Source: Minisyncoccota bacterium (GTDB taxonomy: Bacteria; Patescibacteriota; Minisyncoccia; Phycocordibacterales; JABMNX01). Taken from it: a DNA stretch of 64,000 nucleotides. Made by a program: the position numbers and the translations under genes. The notes under the pieces were generated by a model. It was not told the DNA's origin and searched no databases. It was given only the letters and a program-made list of their open reading frames with translations. This document shows positions 52,888 through 61,926 of the stretch, one piece after another. The stretch covers positions 77,712 through 141,711 of the forward strand of contig JAPHQU010000001.1 in the NCBI GenBank assembly GCA_026195275.1, written 5' to 3'. Position 1 is the stretch's first letter. The number at the start of each line of letters is the position of its first letter.

Positions 52888-53835
52888 ATGAATTATTCAT
52901 ATACACACACTCACCTCCTTTCAGGAATTGTGCTTGCGGGAATCATTCTCTCTATAGGTACGTTCTCCGTACACGCACAAACAGACCTCCGTCCGCGCCC
53001 GGTGCAATCAACGACTGACAATCGACCGGACTACCAACCCGAACCGGCACGATACGATAACTCCAGACACCAGGAAACATACAGAACTACCGGTTTCCCC
53101 GAGCGCACAACAGTCTCTCAAACAAACACTGAGCCGCAAAGCTTTCTTGAAAAAGCGCGAAACATGCTCTTGCAACGCCGCGAAGATCTAAAGAATAGAA
53201 ACATGATCCCAACAGAAGTTCGAGACTCTACAGAGTCCGGCTTCCGTGCCGGTATGGCGTCAGGGACTCCAGAACTGATTCGAGCGCAACTCGCCACTTC
53301 AACGAAAGAACGACTGGAACAAATAGAAGAACGAAAGAGTGAGCTGCGTTTGCAATTGGAAGAACGACGCGCGGAACTGGAAGAAAAGAAAAACGAACGT
53401 ATTGCGCGCTACCTTGGATACATCTCACGAAAGATGGACGCCGCGATAGAGCGACTAAACACATTGGCTGACCGGATCCTCTCACGCATTGAGAAACTTG
53501 AGGAAGTCGGGCATGAGATGACCGATGCGCGCGCAGTTCTTGATACCGCTCGCGGAGAGATCGCGATTGCTGAGGAAGAGATGAATAGCGCACTTGAGGA
53601 CGCAAAAACCGCACTTGAAGAAGACATGACACGAGAAGCATTTGGACAAGTCGCTTCAACGCTCGCGCACGCAAAAGAGAGTCTTCGCGATGCACACAAG
53701 GCATTGGTCGAGGTGATTCGCTTACTCCATGACACACTTGGAGAGACAGGAGAGGACGACGAAAGAGAAGATGATGAGGGTGGCGAAGATGACGAATCTG
53801 ATGAGACACCAACAACACCAGGAGAAGAACAATAA
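52888..53835 (+). CDS. Secreted coiled-coil hypothetical protein
   Basis: Signal peptide ending VHA|Q, long charged helical region, acidic tail. Confidence 0.8.
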   Translation: MNYSYTHTHLLSGIVLAGIILSIGTFSVHAQTDLRPRPVQSTTDNRPDYQPEPARYDNSRHQETYRTTGFPERTTVSQTNTEPQSFLEKARNMLLQRREDLKNRNMIPTEVRDSTESGFRAGMASGTPELIRAQLATSTKERLEQIEERKSELRLQLEERRAELEEKKNERIARYLGYISRKMDAAIERLNTLADRILSRIEKLEEVGHEMTDARAVLDTARGEIAIAEEEMNSALEDAKTALEEDMTREAFGQVASTLAHAKESLRDAHKALVEVIRLLHDTLGETGEDDEREDDEGGEDDESDETPTTPGEEQ

Positions 53836-53860
53836 TATTTAGCCACTAACCTACCCTATT

Positions 53861-54232
53861 ATGAACGAAGATATGAAAAAAGGTGCAGACAAAGAGCAGG
53901 TTGTCACATCTGAAACGCCACAACCTGAGGTCCCGAACACACTTCAGGACAACTCTCCTGAGAAGAGTACCGCCGGACCGCTCGTTGCCATCATCATTAT
54001 CATTGTGATGCTTATTGTCGGCGGCTTCTACTTTTGGAAGACAAAGATCGGCACGCTAGAAGATGCCAACCTCCCAACTATCCAACAAGAAGGTGAGGCA
54101 ACAGAAGGAGTGATTGACCAACTTAAGACACAGGGCACGTCAGACGAGATCAGCGCAATTGAAGAGGATCTTAGTGCAACCGATCTTGAGGACCTCGACG
54201 CGGAGCTCGACCAGATTTTAAACGAACTCTAG
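53861..54232 (+). CDS. Single-TM hypothetical protein
   Basis: GP...IIIII..L.VGG.YFW, acidic C-terminus TSDE.SAIE.DL. Confidence 0.8.
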   Translation: MNEDMKKGADKEQVVTSETPQPEVPNTLQDNSPEKSTAGPLVAIIIIIVMLIVGGFYFWKTKIGTLEDANLPTIQQEGEATEGVIDQLKTQGTSDEISAIEEDLSATDLEDLDAELDQILNEL

Positions 54233-54354
54233 AGCTAACTCTTGGACTTCAAAAACGACCCATCTAGATGGGTTGTTTTTTATTTAGAGATTCGAGTCCT
54301 CTCTGCGAAAGAGTTTTTGACATACACCAATTCACACGCTAGACTGTGCGGACT

Positions 54355-55518
54355 ATGACAGACAGTAAAAAAGGTGCAGAAACACTTTACACAAACCTGG
54401 ATATTACTAACCAAGAAGGGTCTGAGGTGAAGATTAGTGGCGAGATCCCCACTGAGGTGCAGGTACCATACCGCGAGAAAGCCATCAAGAAGCTTGGCGA
54501 AAACGCGACAATCGACGGCTTTCGCAAGGGACACATCCCCGAGAAGGTGCTCGTGGAGAAAGTCGGCGAGGAGCGGGTCTTGCACGAGGTTGCTGAGATG
54601 GCAATCACGGATATCTACCCTGCTATCGTGATTAAAAACAAGCTCGATGTGATCGGGCGACCACAGGTATCGATCACCAAGCTTGCCGCGGGAAATCCGA
54701 TCGGCTTCTCTATCACCACCGCGGTGATGCCGGAGGTTTCCCTTCCCGACCACAAGAAGATCGCTGAGGAGGTCATGAAGGAGAAAGACGACCTCGAAGT
54801 GACCGACGCAGACGTGGAGAAGGTGCTCACTGAAGTACGCCAAGGTAAAGCACGTTTTGATAAAGCAAAAGCCGAAGCGGAGGCAAAAGAGAGCGGTGCA
54901 GACGGAGGAGAAAATGAAGAGGCAAAAGACAGCAAAGAAGACCTTGAGGAAGAACTCCCTGAACTCGATGATGCATTCATTGCAACACTCGGTGGCGACT
55001 TCAAAACTGTTAAGGAATTCGAGGAGCGCGTCCGTAAAGACCTTGGTGTAGAGAAAGAACGCAAAGCACGTGAAAAGAAGCGTGTCACACTTTCAGAGAA
55101 GCTCATTGAAGAGGCAAAAGCTGACCTTCCAAAAGTCATGGTTGAGAGTGAGCTCGACAAAATGCTAGCGCAGATGAAGGATGATGTGGCGCGCGCCGGC
55201 ATGAAGTTCGAAGATTATCTCACCCACGTGAAGAAAACCGAAGAAGATATGCGTGCGGAGTGGAAGGAACAGGCTGAGAAGCGTGCAAAACTTCAACTTG
55301 TACTCAATAAGATAGCGACCATGGAAGATATCCATGCCGACCATGATGAGGTACATAAGGAGATGGACAAGATTCTCGAGCAGTTCAAAGACGCCAACCC
55401 GGAGAACGTCCACATCTTTGTCGAAACTCAACTCACCAACGAGGCAGTGTTCAACTTCCTTGAGAACGGAGGAAAGAAAGATAGAAATAAGGAGGAAAAG
55501 CAAGAAGCTGGTCAGTAG
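54355..55518 (+). CDS. tig: Trigger factor lacking the FKBP/PPIase domain
   Basis: GFRKGH.P ribosome-binding motif, LPELDDAF begins the C domain, directly upstream of clpP. Confidence 0.92.
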   Translation: MTDSKKGAETLYTNLDITNQEGSEVKISGEIPTEVQVPYREKAIKKLGENATIDGFRKGHIPEKVLVEKVGEERVLHEVAEMAITDIYPAIVIKNKLDVIGRPQVSITKLAAGNPIGFSITTAVMPEVSLPDHKKIAEEVMKEKDDLEVTDADVEKVLTEVRQGKARFDKAKAEAEAKESGADGGENEEAKDSKEDLEEELPELDDAFIATLGGDFKTVKEFEERVRKDLGVEKERKAREKKRVTLSEKLIEEAKADLPKVMVESELDKMLAQMKDDVARAGMKFEDYLTHVKKTEEDMRAEWKEQAEKRAKLQLVLNKIATMEDIHADHDEVHKEMDKILEQFKDANPENVHIFVETQLTNEAVFNFLENGGKKDRNKEEKQEAGQ

Positions 55519-55633
55519 TCATCGGTCACCACAAAAACAAATGTCCGACATTAGATGTCGGACATTTGTTTTGGGAAGGGTTGTTTGTTCAAACTGATAA
55601 ATTTGCTAATATAGCCGTACCTAAGAAACAAAT

Positions 55634-56236
55634 ATGAAACACGAATTCAAACCAACAAAATCACAGCTCGTCCCCATGGTGATCGAGAAATCACAGTTCG
55701 GTGAGCGGGCCTTTGATATTTACTCACGACTTCTCAAGGAGCGCATTATTTTCCTCTCAGGGCCGATCAACGACGCAGTCGCAAACCTCGTCGTGGCGCA
55801 ACTCCTCTTCCTTCAGTCGGAAGACCCAAAGAAGGACGTCTTCCTCTACATCAATTCCCCGGGCGGCTCAGTCACCTCAACCATGGCAATGATCGACACG
55901 ATGAACCACATCAAACCGGACGTTGCGACCGTGTGTGTCGGCATGGCGGCTTCAGGTGGCGCATGGACACTCGCCGCAGGCAAGAAAGGCAAGCGCTTCG
56001 CGCTCCCAAACGCAGAAGTGATGATCCACCAGCCGCTTGGCGGCGCCGAAGGGCAAGCAACCGACATTGAGATCACCGCGCGCTGGATCCTCAAGACCAA
56101 AGAGCGCATGACCAAGATGATGGCGGACTTCACCGGGCAAGACGCAAAGACGATCGAGCGCGACATCGACCGCGACTTCTGGATGACCGCCCAGGAAGCG
56201 AAGAAATATGGCGTCGTCGATGAAGTCTTAAAATAA
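55634..56236 (+). CDS. clpP: Clp protease proteolytic subunit
   Basis: DIYSRLL.ERI, YINSPGG, AAS, MIHQP. Confidence 0.98.
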   Translation: MKHEFKPTKSQLVPMVIEKSQFGERAFDIYSRLLKERIIFLSGPINDAVANLVVAQLLFLQSEDPKKDVFLYINSPGGSVTSTMAMIDTMNHIKPDVATVCVGMAASGGAWTLAAGKKGKRFALPNAEVMIHQPLGGAEGQATDIEITARWILKTKERMTKMMADFTGQDAKTIERDIDRDFWMTAQEAKKYGVVDEVLK

Positions 56237-56252
56237 GACCCGTGTCTTGTTT

Positions 56253-56392
56253 GTCATCGACGACGAGACGGAGGCATATTGCGAGCCTGCGAGCAAAGCC
56301 GAGCCCGGGCAGGAGGTTCTTAGTGAAGATGAGTGCGAAGCACGAAATCTGAGCTTAGAAACCTGACGCTGTCGATGAGGTGCTCAAATAAG
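56253..56392 (+). mobile_element. Non-autonomous structured element with target-derived flanks (clpP copy)
   Basis: Starts with the exact reverse complement of clpP 56212-56223. Ends ..AAACCTGAC plus a recoded clpP end. Similar to 60029-60082 and 63059-63186. Confidence 0.65.
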
Positions 56393-56462
56393 TTTAAAGT
56401 AGAAAGTTAGAAGTTATAAAGCAAAAACCTTACGATATATCGTAAGGTTTTTAGATTGGTGG

Positions 56463-56493
56463 CCTGACGTTGTCGATGAGGTGCTGAAATAAG
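56463..56493 (+). repeat. Third copy of the clpP 3' end preceded by CCTGAC
   Basis: 29/31 identical to 56362-56392. Confidence 0.85.
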
Positions 56494-56542
56494 CAAAAGA
56501 AGAATTTTCTAAAACAAACGTCACACATATGTGTGACGTTTG

Positions 56543-56573
56543 TTTTACTTGGAGGTCGAGCCTCCAAGTAAAA
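56543..56573. repeat. Palindromic REP-like site, left copy
   Basis: TTTTACTTGGAGG TCGAG CCTCCAAGTAAAA. Confidence 0.8.
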
Positions 56574-56649
56574 AATACAATAAAACTGGACAGAGTTTAT
56601 ATTTTGTGTTTATATTACCCCCAGACATAGATACGGAAGGAGAGAAGAT

Positions 56650-57183
56650 ATGACCGATACGTATGGTGCTCAAGAGGCCCAAGACCTGATTGACCTCTCG
56701 GTAAAGGTTGAGGGTTTCGACAACTGGCATGATGCACTCGCCACGGAAATCGAGATTGGGGGCATCTGGGCAAAAGAGACCGGTAAGACGAAAGCGTCCT
56801 TGCTCGAGGTCTGCGACGTCATGGCGCGAATCAACAGAATATCCCGCGAAATCGCGTACTTTTCCACGCTCATCAATGAGGGCTACCAGCTCGAGGATGC
56901 CGTGGTGAGCTTCCGAGGCGACGAAGAAGACGCATGGGGGAAATGCACCTGGATCAAAGATCATCCCAGCTACAAAGACCCTGAACACCGTCTGCGCGAC
57001 ATGTTCAAGTCCGATTGTGCTATCTCGTTCGCCAGTGCATTTTTCGACACCGAGCATGCCGGTGAGCAGAGGTTCACCCTGCAGTCGGTCGCCGTCTGCA
57101 ACGGCTTCTTGTTCCACAAGACGATCCTGTTTCACCGAGTCGTCTTTTCCAAGCCGAAACAAACTGCGGAAGAAGCCGCCTGA
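56650..57183 (+). CDS. Hypothetical protein (SD-led ORFan) between two palindromic repeats
   Basis: 177 aa, AAGGAG SD, terminator GGCCACCCCA CCC TGGGGTGGCC TTTTT. Confidence 0.7.
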   Translation: MTDTYGAQEAQDLIDLSVKVEGFDNWHDALATEIEIGGIWAKETGKTKASLLEVCDVMARINRISREIAYFSTLINEGYQLEDAVVSFRGDEEDAWGKCTWIKDHPSYKDPEHRLRDMFKSDCAISFASAFFDTEHAGEQRFTLQSVAVCNGFLFHKTILFHRVVFSKPKQTAEEAA

Positions 57184-57227
57184 ATCGGACTTGCAATGGC
57201 CACCCCACCCTGGGGTGGCCTTTTTCA

Positions 57228-57254
57228 TTTTACTTGGAGGTCGGACCTCCAAGT
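57228..57254. repeat. Palindromic REP-like site, right copy
   Basis: TTTTACTTGGAGG TCGGA CCTCCAAGT, 25/27 identical to the left copy. Confidence 0.8.
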
Positions 57255-57527
57255 GGTAAATTCGACAAAGCTGAAAACCCGTGATATGTTGAGGATGTAG
57301 ACTTATTGAATTAAATTTGAAACCTGAGGACCTGCTCACCATCTCGACACAGAGAATATGAACAGGTTCCGTGCTTCCCCGCCCGACCGAGACGACCGAA
57401 AATACCTTGCGTGAATACCCTATTTTTACCCCATGATCTTCACTCATCGAAACATCTCACTGAAACGGTAGCAACACAAGCGAAAAGCAAGGTTTCTTGC
57501 CCTATCCTACGGTAGGCTAAGAACCAT

Positions 57528-59057
57528 ATGTCATTAAAAGTAATACTTGTTCTGCTCATCCTTGCAGGACTCTTCGGTACCGCCTTTGGGTACTTCCTCC
57601 GGTGGATCATCTCCCTCGGAAAACGCGGCTCGATGGAGCTCGAGATCAAGCAAATGATGCTCGAGGCTCGCGAAGAGGCAAAGCAAATCGTCCAAGATGC
57701 GGAGACCAAGGCCGAAGAAACAAAAAAACAACTCCACAGTGAGTCAAAAGAGAAAGAATCGCAGCTGAAGCGAACAGAAGACCGCCTTGTGAAGAAGGAG
57801 GAGCTTTTGGATAAGCGTCAGGGCGATATCGACGCTGATGTAGAGGGTCTTAAGCAGAAAATTGAGGAGGTTCGCGCACTCAAAGAGCGTGCAAACACAC
57901 TCATCGAGGAGCGCGAAGCGGCACTTGAGAAAACATTGCACCTGAGCCAAACAGAGGCGAAGACTGAGCTCTTTAACCTGCTTGAGAAACAGCACGAGGA
58001 GGATATCCTTGTGCGTCTGCAAAAGCTCGAGATCTCCGGCAAGGAACGACTCGACCGAAAAGCGAAGGATATCCTCACCACCTCGATCCATCGTCTCGGC
58101 AACTCGGTGATCGACGATATTATGGCGACCTCGATCCAGATCCCGTCTGACGAGGTGAAAGGAAAGATTATCGGTAAGGAAGGGCGCAACATTAAAGCGT
58201 TTGAACGTGCGACCGGTGTTGACGTTATCATTGACGATACGCCAAACATGATCACCATCTCATCGTTTGACCCGGTACGCCGCCATATTGCGTGCATTGC
58301 CCTTGAAAACCTCATCACCGATGGACGTATCCAACCAGCAAAAATTGAGGAACTCGTCGGTAAAGCAAAAGACGAGGTGAATAAAACGATAAAAGAGAAG
58401 GGTGAGCAGGCCGCCTACGAAGCAGGTGTGCACAACCTCGACCCGCGCGTAATCGCGATTCTCGGCCGACTCCACTTCCGCACCAGTTACGGTCAGAATG
58501 TGCTCTACCACTCGGTTGAGATGGCACACATCGCCGGTATGCTTGCCGAGGAACTCGGCGCAGACCCGTATGTCGCTCGTGCGGGGGCACTTCTACACGA
58601 CCTTGGTAAAGCGGTCGACCACGAGGTGCAAGGCACACACGTTGAGATTGGTCGGCGTATTCTCCAGAAATTCGGCGTTGATGAAGCAATCGTTAAAGCA
58701 ATGCAGGCACACCACGAAGAATACCCGTACGACACACCCGAATCGATCATCGTGCAGGTAGCCGACGCTATCTCAGGCGGACGCCCCGGGGCACGACGCG
58801 ACAGCGTTGAAAACTACATCCAGCGCCTTGAAGACCTTGAAGCTATTGCAAACGGGTTTCCCGGCGTTGATAAGAGTTACGCAATCCAAGCAGGTCGTGA
58901 GATCCGCGTGTTTGTAACACCAGAGAAGGTTTCTGACCTTGAAGCAAAGAAACTCGCGCGAAATATCGCGCTCCAGATTGAGAATGAGCTGAAATACCCC
59001 GGCGAGATCAAGGTAAATGTGATCCGCGAGTCTCGCTCGATCGAGATGGCGCGGTAG
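57528..59057 (+). CDS. rny: Ribonuclease Y
   Basis: N-terminal TM and coiled coil, KH (KGKIIGKEGRNI), HD (LLHDLGK), ADAISGGRPGAR. Confidence 0.97.
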   Translation: MSLKVILVLLILAGLFGTAFGYFLRWIISLGKRGSMELEIKQMMLEAREEAKQIVQDAETKAEETKKQLHSESKEKESQLKRTEDRLVKKEELLDKRQGDIDADVEGLKQKIEEVRALKERANTLIEEREAALEKTLHLSQTEAKTELFNLLEKQHEEDILVRLQKLEISGKERLDRKAKDILTTSIHRLGNSVIDDIMATSIQIPSDEVKGKIIGKEGRNIKAFERATGVDVIIDDTPNMITISSFDPVRRHIACIALENLITDGRIQPAKIEELVGKAKDEVNKTIKEKGEQAAYEAGVHNLDPRVIAILGRLHFRTSYGQNVLYHSVEMAHIAGMLAEELGADPYVARAGALLHDLGKAVDHEVQGTHVEIGRRILQKFGVDEAIVKAMQAHHEEYPYDTPESIIVQVADAISGGRPGARRDSVENYIQRLEDLEAIANGFPGVDKSYAIQAGREIRVFVTPEKVSDLEAKKLARNIALQIENELKYPGEIKVNVIRESRSIEMAR

Positions 59058-59131
59058 TGCGACACCCTTGCGCTACCACACCAGGGCGTGTATGTTTGGT
59101 TCAGGAGAAGTGTTCCAGGAAGGAGTGTGCG

Positions 59132-59407
59132 ATGTTTTACGCAACTGTTTTTGCGCTCATACCACGCCCCCGATACATGTTTTGGCTCGGATGGCACATC
59201 GGTTGGTCATATGCCGGCCTGTATGACTGGCTCAAGAAAAAGACTATCGCCTATTATCGGTCTCAGCTCATGAAGCTCGATACAGGCTTCATGATAAGTG
59301 AGGCGGGGCGTGAACTTATTCGCAAACGCAACGAAGCCCGCGAAAGAGGCATCGACCCGATGAGTTCTGAATATCCGGGACTCGATGATGTTCTCAAGCG
59401 GCCGTGA
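59132..59407 (+). CDS. Hypothetical protein (SD-led ORFan)
   Basis: 91 aa, AAGGAG SD, terminator hairpin ~59421-59453. Confidence 0.6.
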   Translation: MFYATVFALIPRPRYMFWLGWHIGWSYAGLYDWLKKKTIAYYRSQLMKLDTGFMISEAGRELIRKRNEARERGIDPMSSEYPGLDDVLKRP

Positions 59408-59637
59408 GACGAGCATCTTCAAACCGCGCCAAGCTGAGCTTGGCGCGGTTTTTTGTTGCCGTCGTGCTAGTTTCCATGAAAAAATTGACAATCCACCGAA
59501 AAATATCGCTAAAATACTTGTCCCCCACGGGATATTGCGCTTAAAATCATGCTCTGTATAATGTGAACAGTAATTTCGCAGTGCAGAATATAGGTTTTGT
59601 GCTGGTTATGACAATTATTAAGTTATAAATATTTGCT

Positions 59638-59910
59638 ATGAACAAAGCAGCTATCGTTGAAAAGGTACACGAAGTGCTCGGCGGAACAAAAGCTGACGCA
59701 GAGCGCGCAGTGGACACTGTTGTAGACAGTATTGTTGACGGACTTAAGGGAGGCCAGGAGGTCTCAATCGCAGGACTCGGAATCTTCGAGGCAAAGATGC
59801 GAAGCGCACGAACCGGACGTAACCCACGCACCGGTGAGAGCATTCAGATCCCTGCAATGCGCGTACCAAAGTTCCGCGCAGCAAAGGCGCTCAAGGACGC
59901 GGTTAAGTAA
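59638..59910 (+). CDS. hup: HU family DNA-binding protein
   Basis: MNK, G.G.F, ARTGRNP.TGE.I.IPA..VPKF. Confidence 0.97.
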   Translation: MNKAAIVEKVHEVLGGTKADAERAVDTVVDSIVDGLKGGQEVSIAGLGIFEAKMRSARTGRNPRTGESIQIPAMRVPKFRAAKALKDAVK

Positions 59911-60028
59911 TAACTGTTTCCCCACTATACAAAAACACCCGGCGTATGCCGGGTGTTTTTGTATTAGGTAAAGAACAGCTTATTGGAAACACGCGCATTT
60001 AATATCTGTGATTCTTGGAGTTCGCTGG

Positions 60029-60107
60029 GCGTCAGGTTTCTAAGCTCACCGTTCGCACTTCGTGCTCCGCTTCACAATCGAGCGCGAAAGCAAAATAGTT
60101 TGCTTTC
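60029..60107 (-). mobile_element. Partial copy of the clpP-type element downstream of tRNA-Gly
   Basis: 60029-60048 is the exact reverse complement of 56350-56369. AAGCAAA..TTTGCTT hairpin shared with the tRNA-Pro locus. Confidence 0.7.
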
Positions 60108-60156
60108 TAACAACAAACACCGCCTCGAGGAGGCGGTGTTTGTTGTTACTCGATTG

Positions 60157-60227
60157 TGCGGGTGGGGGTAATCGAAACCCCGACTACTGCTTGGAAGGCA
60201 GTCATTTTACCACTAAACTACACCCGC
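60157..60227 (-). tRNA. tRNA-Gly (UCC)
   Basis: GCGGGTG..ACTGC CTTCCAA GCAGT..GGGGT TTCGATT ACCCC CACCCGC A. Confidence 0.95.
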
Positions 60228-60297
60228 AGAACGCTATGTATCCTACCAGAAACACAAAACCCCCGCAATGCGGGGGTTTTGTAAGAAGCGGGTGAAA

Positions 60298-60414
60298 CTA
60301 CTCAGTTGCAGCTTCCTCGGTTGCCTCCTCAGTTGAGGTTGCCTCCTCAGTCGCTGGAGTCTCGGGCATTGCTGCTCCCTCCTCCATGTTTTCTCCGTCG
60401 AATACGAATGTCAT
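60298..60414 (-). CDS. 38-aa acidic peptide (not in ORF track)
   Basis: MTFVFDGENMEEGAAMPETPATEEATSTEEATEEAATE*. Upstream TTGACA-N16-TATACT, downstream hairpin terminator. Confidence 0.6.
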   Translation of the reverse strand: MTFVFDGENMEEGAAMPETPATEEATSTEEATEEAATE

Positions 60415-60607
60415 GATGAGTCTTTGTTGTTAGCCCCAGAAGTCCTTTTAAGACCTCCAAAGCGCTGTTAAACAAAAAGCTGGGCTATACCCAAGCTATG
60501 ACGAATAGTATACACGAGCACCATTGTTTGTCAATACCCGACCATATTCTCTACATATTGTCAAAAAATTCAAATATGGCGGACATTCTTGCTATACTAA
60601 GGATGCT

Positions 60608-61795
60608 ATGCCACTTTTCCCACTCATCCAGGTCATTGTAAGCCGTGTTGTTATTGGTATCATCGCAATCCTCGCCACACTTGGACTCGGATCGGTTTCT
60701 GAACCAATCGCCACAAACACCACGAATCAAACCGACGCACCTCAGGAAGTGGCCACTGAAGAGCCTGAGGCACCTCAGGAGGCCGAGAAGGATCCACAGA
60801 AGACGGTTGAGACTCCTGAAGAGCCTACTGCGAAAGAAGGGACCCCAACCACTACCCCACTTGAGACCGTGCAGGGACTCACAGAAGAGCCGGATGAAGC
60901 AATAATTACAGAAACCGCAACCTCGACCCACAAAGAGCCGCTCACTTTCGCAGAGATTAACACCAACACCACAGAAGCACTGGTTAACATCCTCTGCTCG
61001 CAAAATGTTGCAACAGCAGTAACGCCGATCACCGGAAGCGGTGTCATTATCGACCCGCGCGGAGTGATCATCACCAACGCACATGTCGCTCAGTTCTTTC
61101 TGCTTAAAGACTACCCCGTCGAAGACGCACTCTCGTGCATCATCCGCACCGGAAGCCCCGCACGCCCCATGTACACCGCAGAGCTTCTTTACATACCGCC
61201 AATCTGGATCTCAGAGCACGCCGAGGACATTACCGATAGCGAGCCGACTGGGACCGGCGAGAATGACTATGCTTTCTTGCGCATTACCGGCCGCACCAGC
61301 CCTGATGCAGGAGGCCTCCCCACCTCGTCCTCTTACTTACCAATGGATGCCGAAGCAACGATCGAGACAGGTGCACCAGTGCTTGTAGCAGGGTATCCTG
61401 CAGGCTTCCTTGGCGGTATCTCCGTCCAAAAAGACCTCTACTCAGTCTCGAGCATCACAACAATTGGGGAGCGCTTTACTTTTAACACAAACACAATAGA
61501 TCTCTTCTCGACCGGCGGCACTGTTGTCTCGCAAGGCGGCTCTTCCGGTGGTGCGGTCGTCTCAGCAAAGGAGAAGCTCGTCGGTGTTATCGTAACCAGC
61601 ACTAATGGCGACACGACCGCCGAACGTGACCTGCGCGCGATCAGTGTTGGACACATCAACCGCAGCCTTTTTGAGTACAGCAACACCACAATAGATGCGC
61701 TTCTCTTCGGAGATGTAGCACTTCGTGCCCGCCTCTTCAATATCGGCACCGCGCCGGCGCTGACCGATATCTTGGTGAACTCACTCAATAATTGA
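60608..61795 (+). CDS. Membrane-anchored trypsin-like serine protease
   Basis: GSGVII..ITNAHV, DYA, GGSSGG, Thr/Glu/Pro-rich linker. Confidence 0.88.
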   Translation: MPLFPLIQVIVSRVVIGIIAILATLGLGSVSEPIATNTTNQTDAPQEVATEEPEAPQEAEKDPQKTVETPEEPTAKEGTPTTTPLETVQGLTEEPDEAIITETATSTHKEPLTFAEINTNTTEALVNILCSQNVATAVTPITGSGVIIDPRGVIITNAHVAQFFLLKDYPVEDALSCIIRTGSPARPMYTAELLYIPPIWISEHAEDITDSEPTGTGENDYAFLRITGRTSPDAGGLPTSSSYLPMDAEATIETGAPVLVAGYPAGFLGGISVQKDLYSVSSITTIGERFTFNTNTIDLFSTGGTVVSQGGSSGGAVVSAKEKLVGVIVTSTNGDTTAERDLRAISVGHINRSLFEYSNTTIDALLFGDVALRARLFNIGTAPALTDILVNSLNN

Positions 61796-61926
61796 AAAAG
61801 CGCACTGAGACACCTTTGAAGAAGAAACAAAAATGAAGAAGTGTGCTACGCGCTATTTATTATTTCGAGTAAGTCTGCTTTAGCAGACTATCTTACACTG
61901 CATGTTTGTGTTGTCTTGCTTCTGTC

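Noticed and set aside
56212-56493. CRISPR-like or DGR TR/VR reading of the clpP-end repeats
   Set aside because: Spacing is uneven, differences are synonymous rather than confined to adenines, and there is no RT or cas gene in the window.
56545-57447. 300-aa minus-strand ORF
   Set aside because: Antisense to the SD-led 177-aa ORF and runs through palindromes and the rny leader; no motif.
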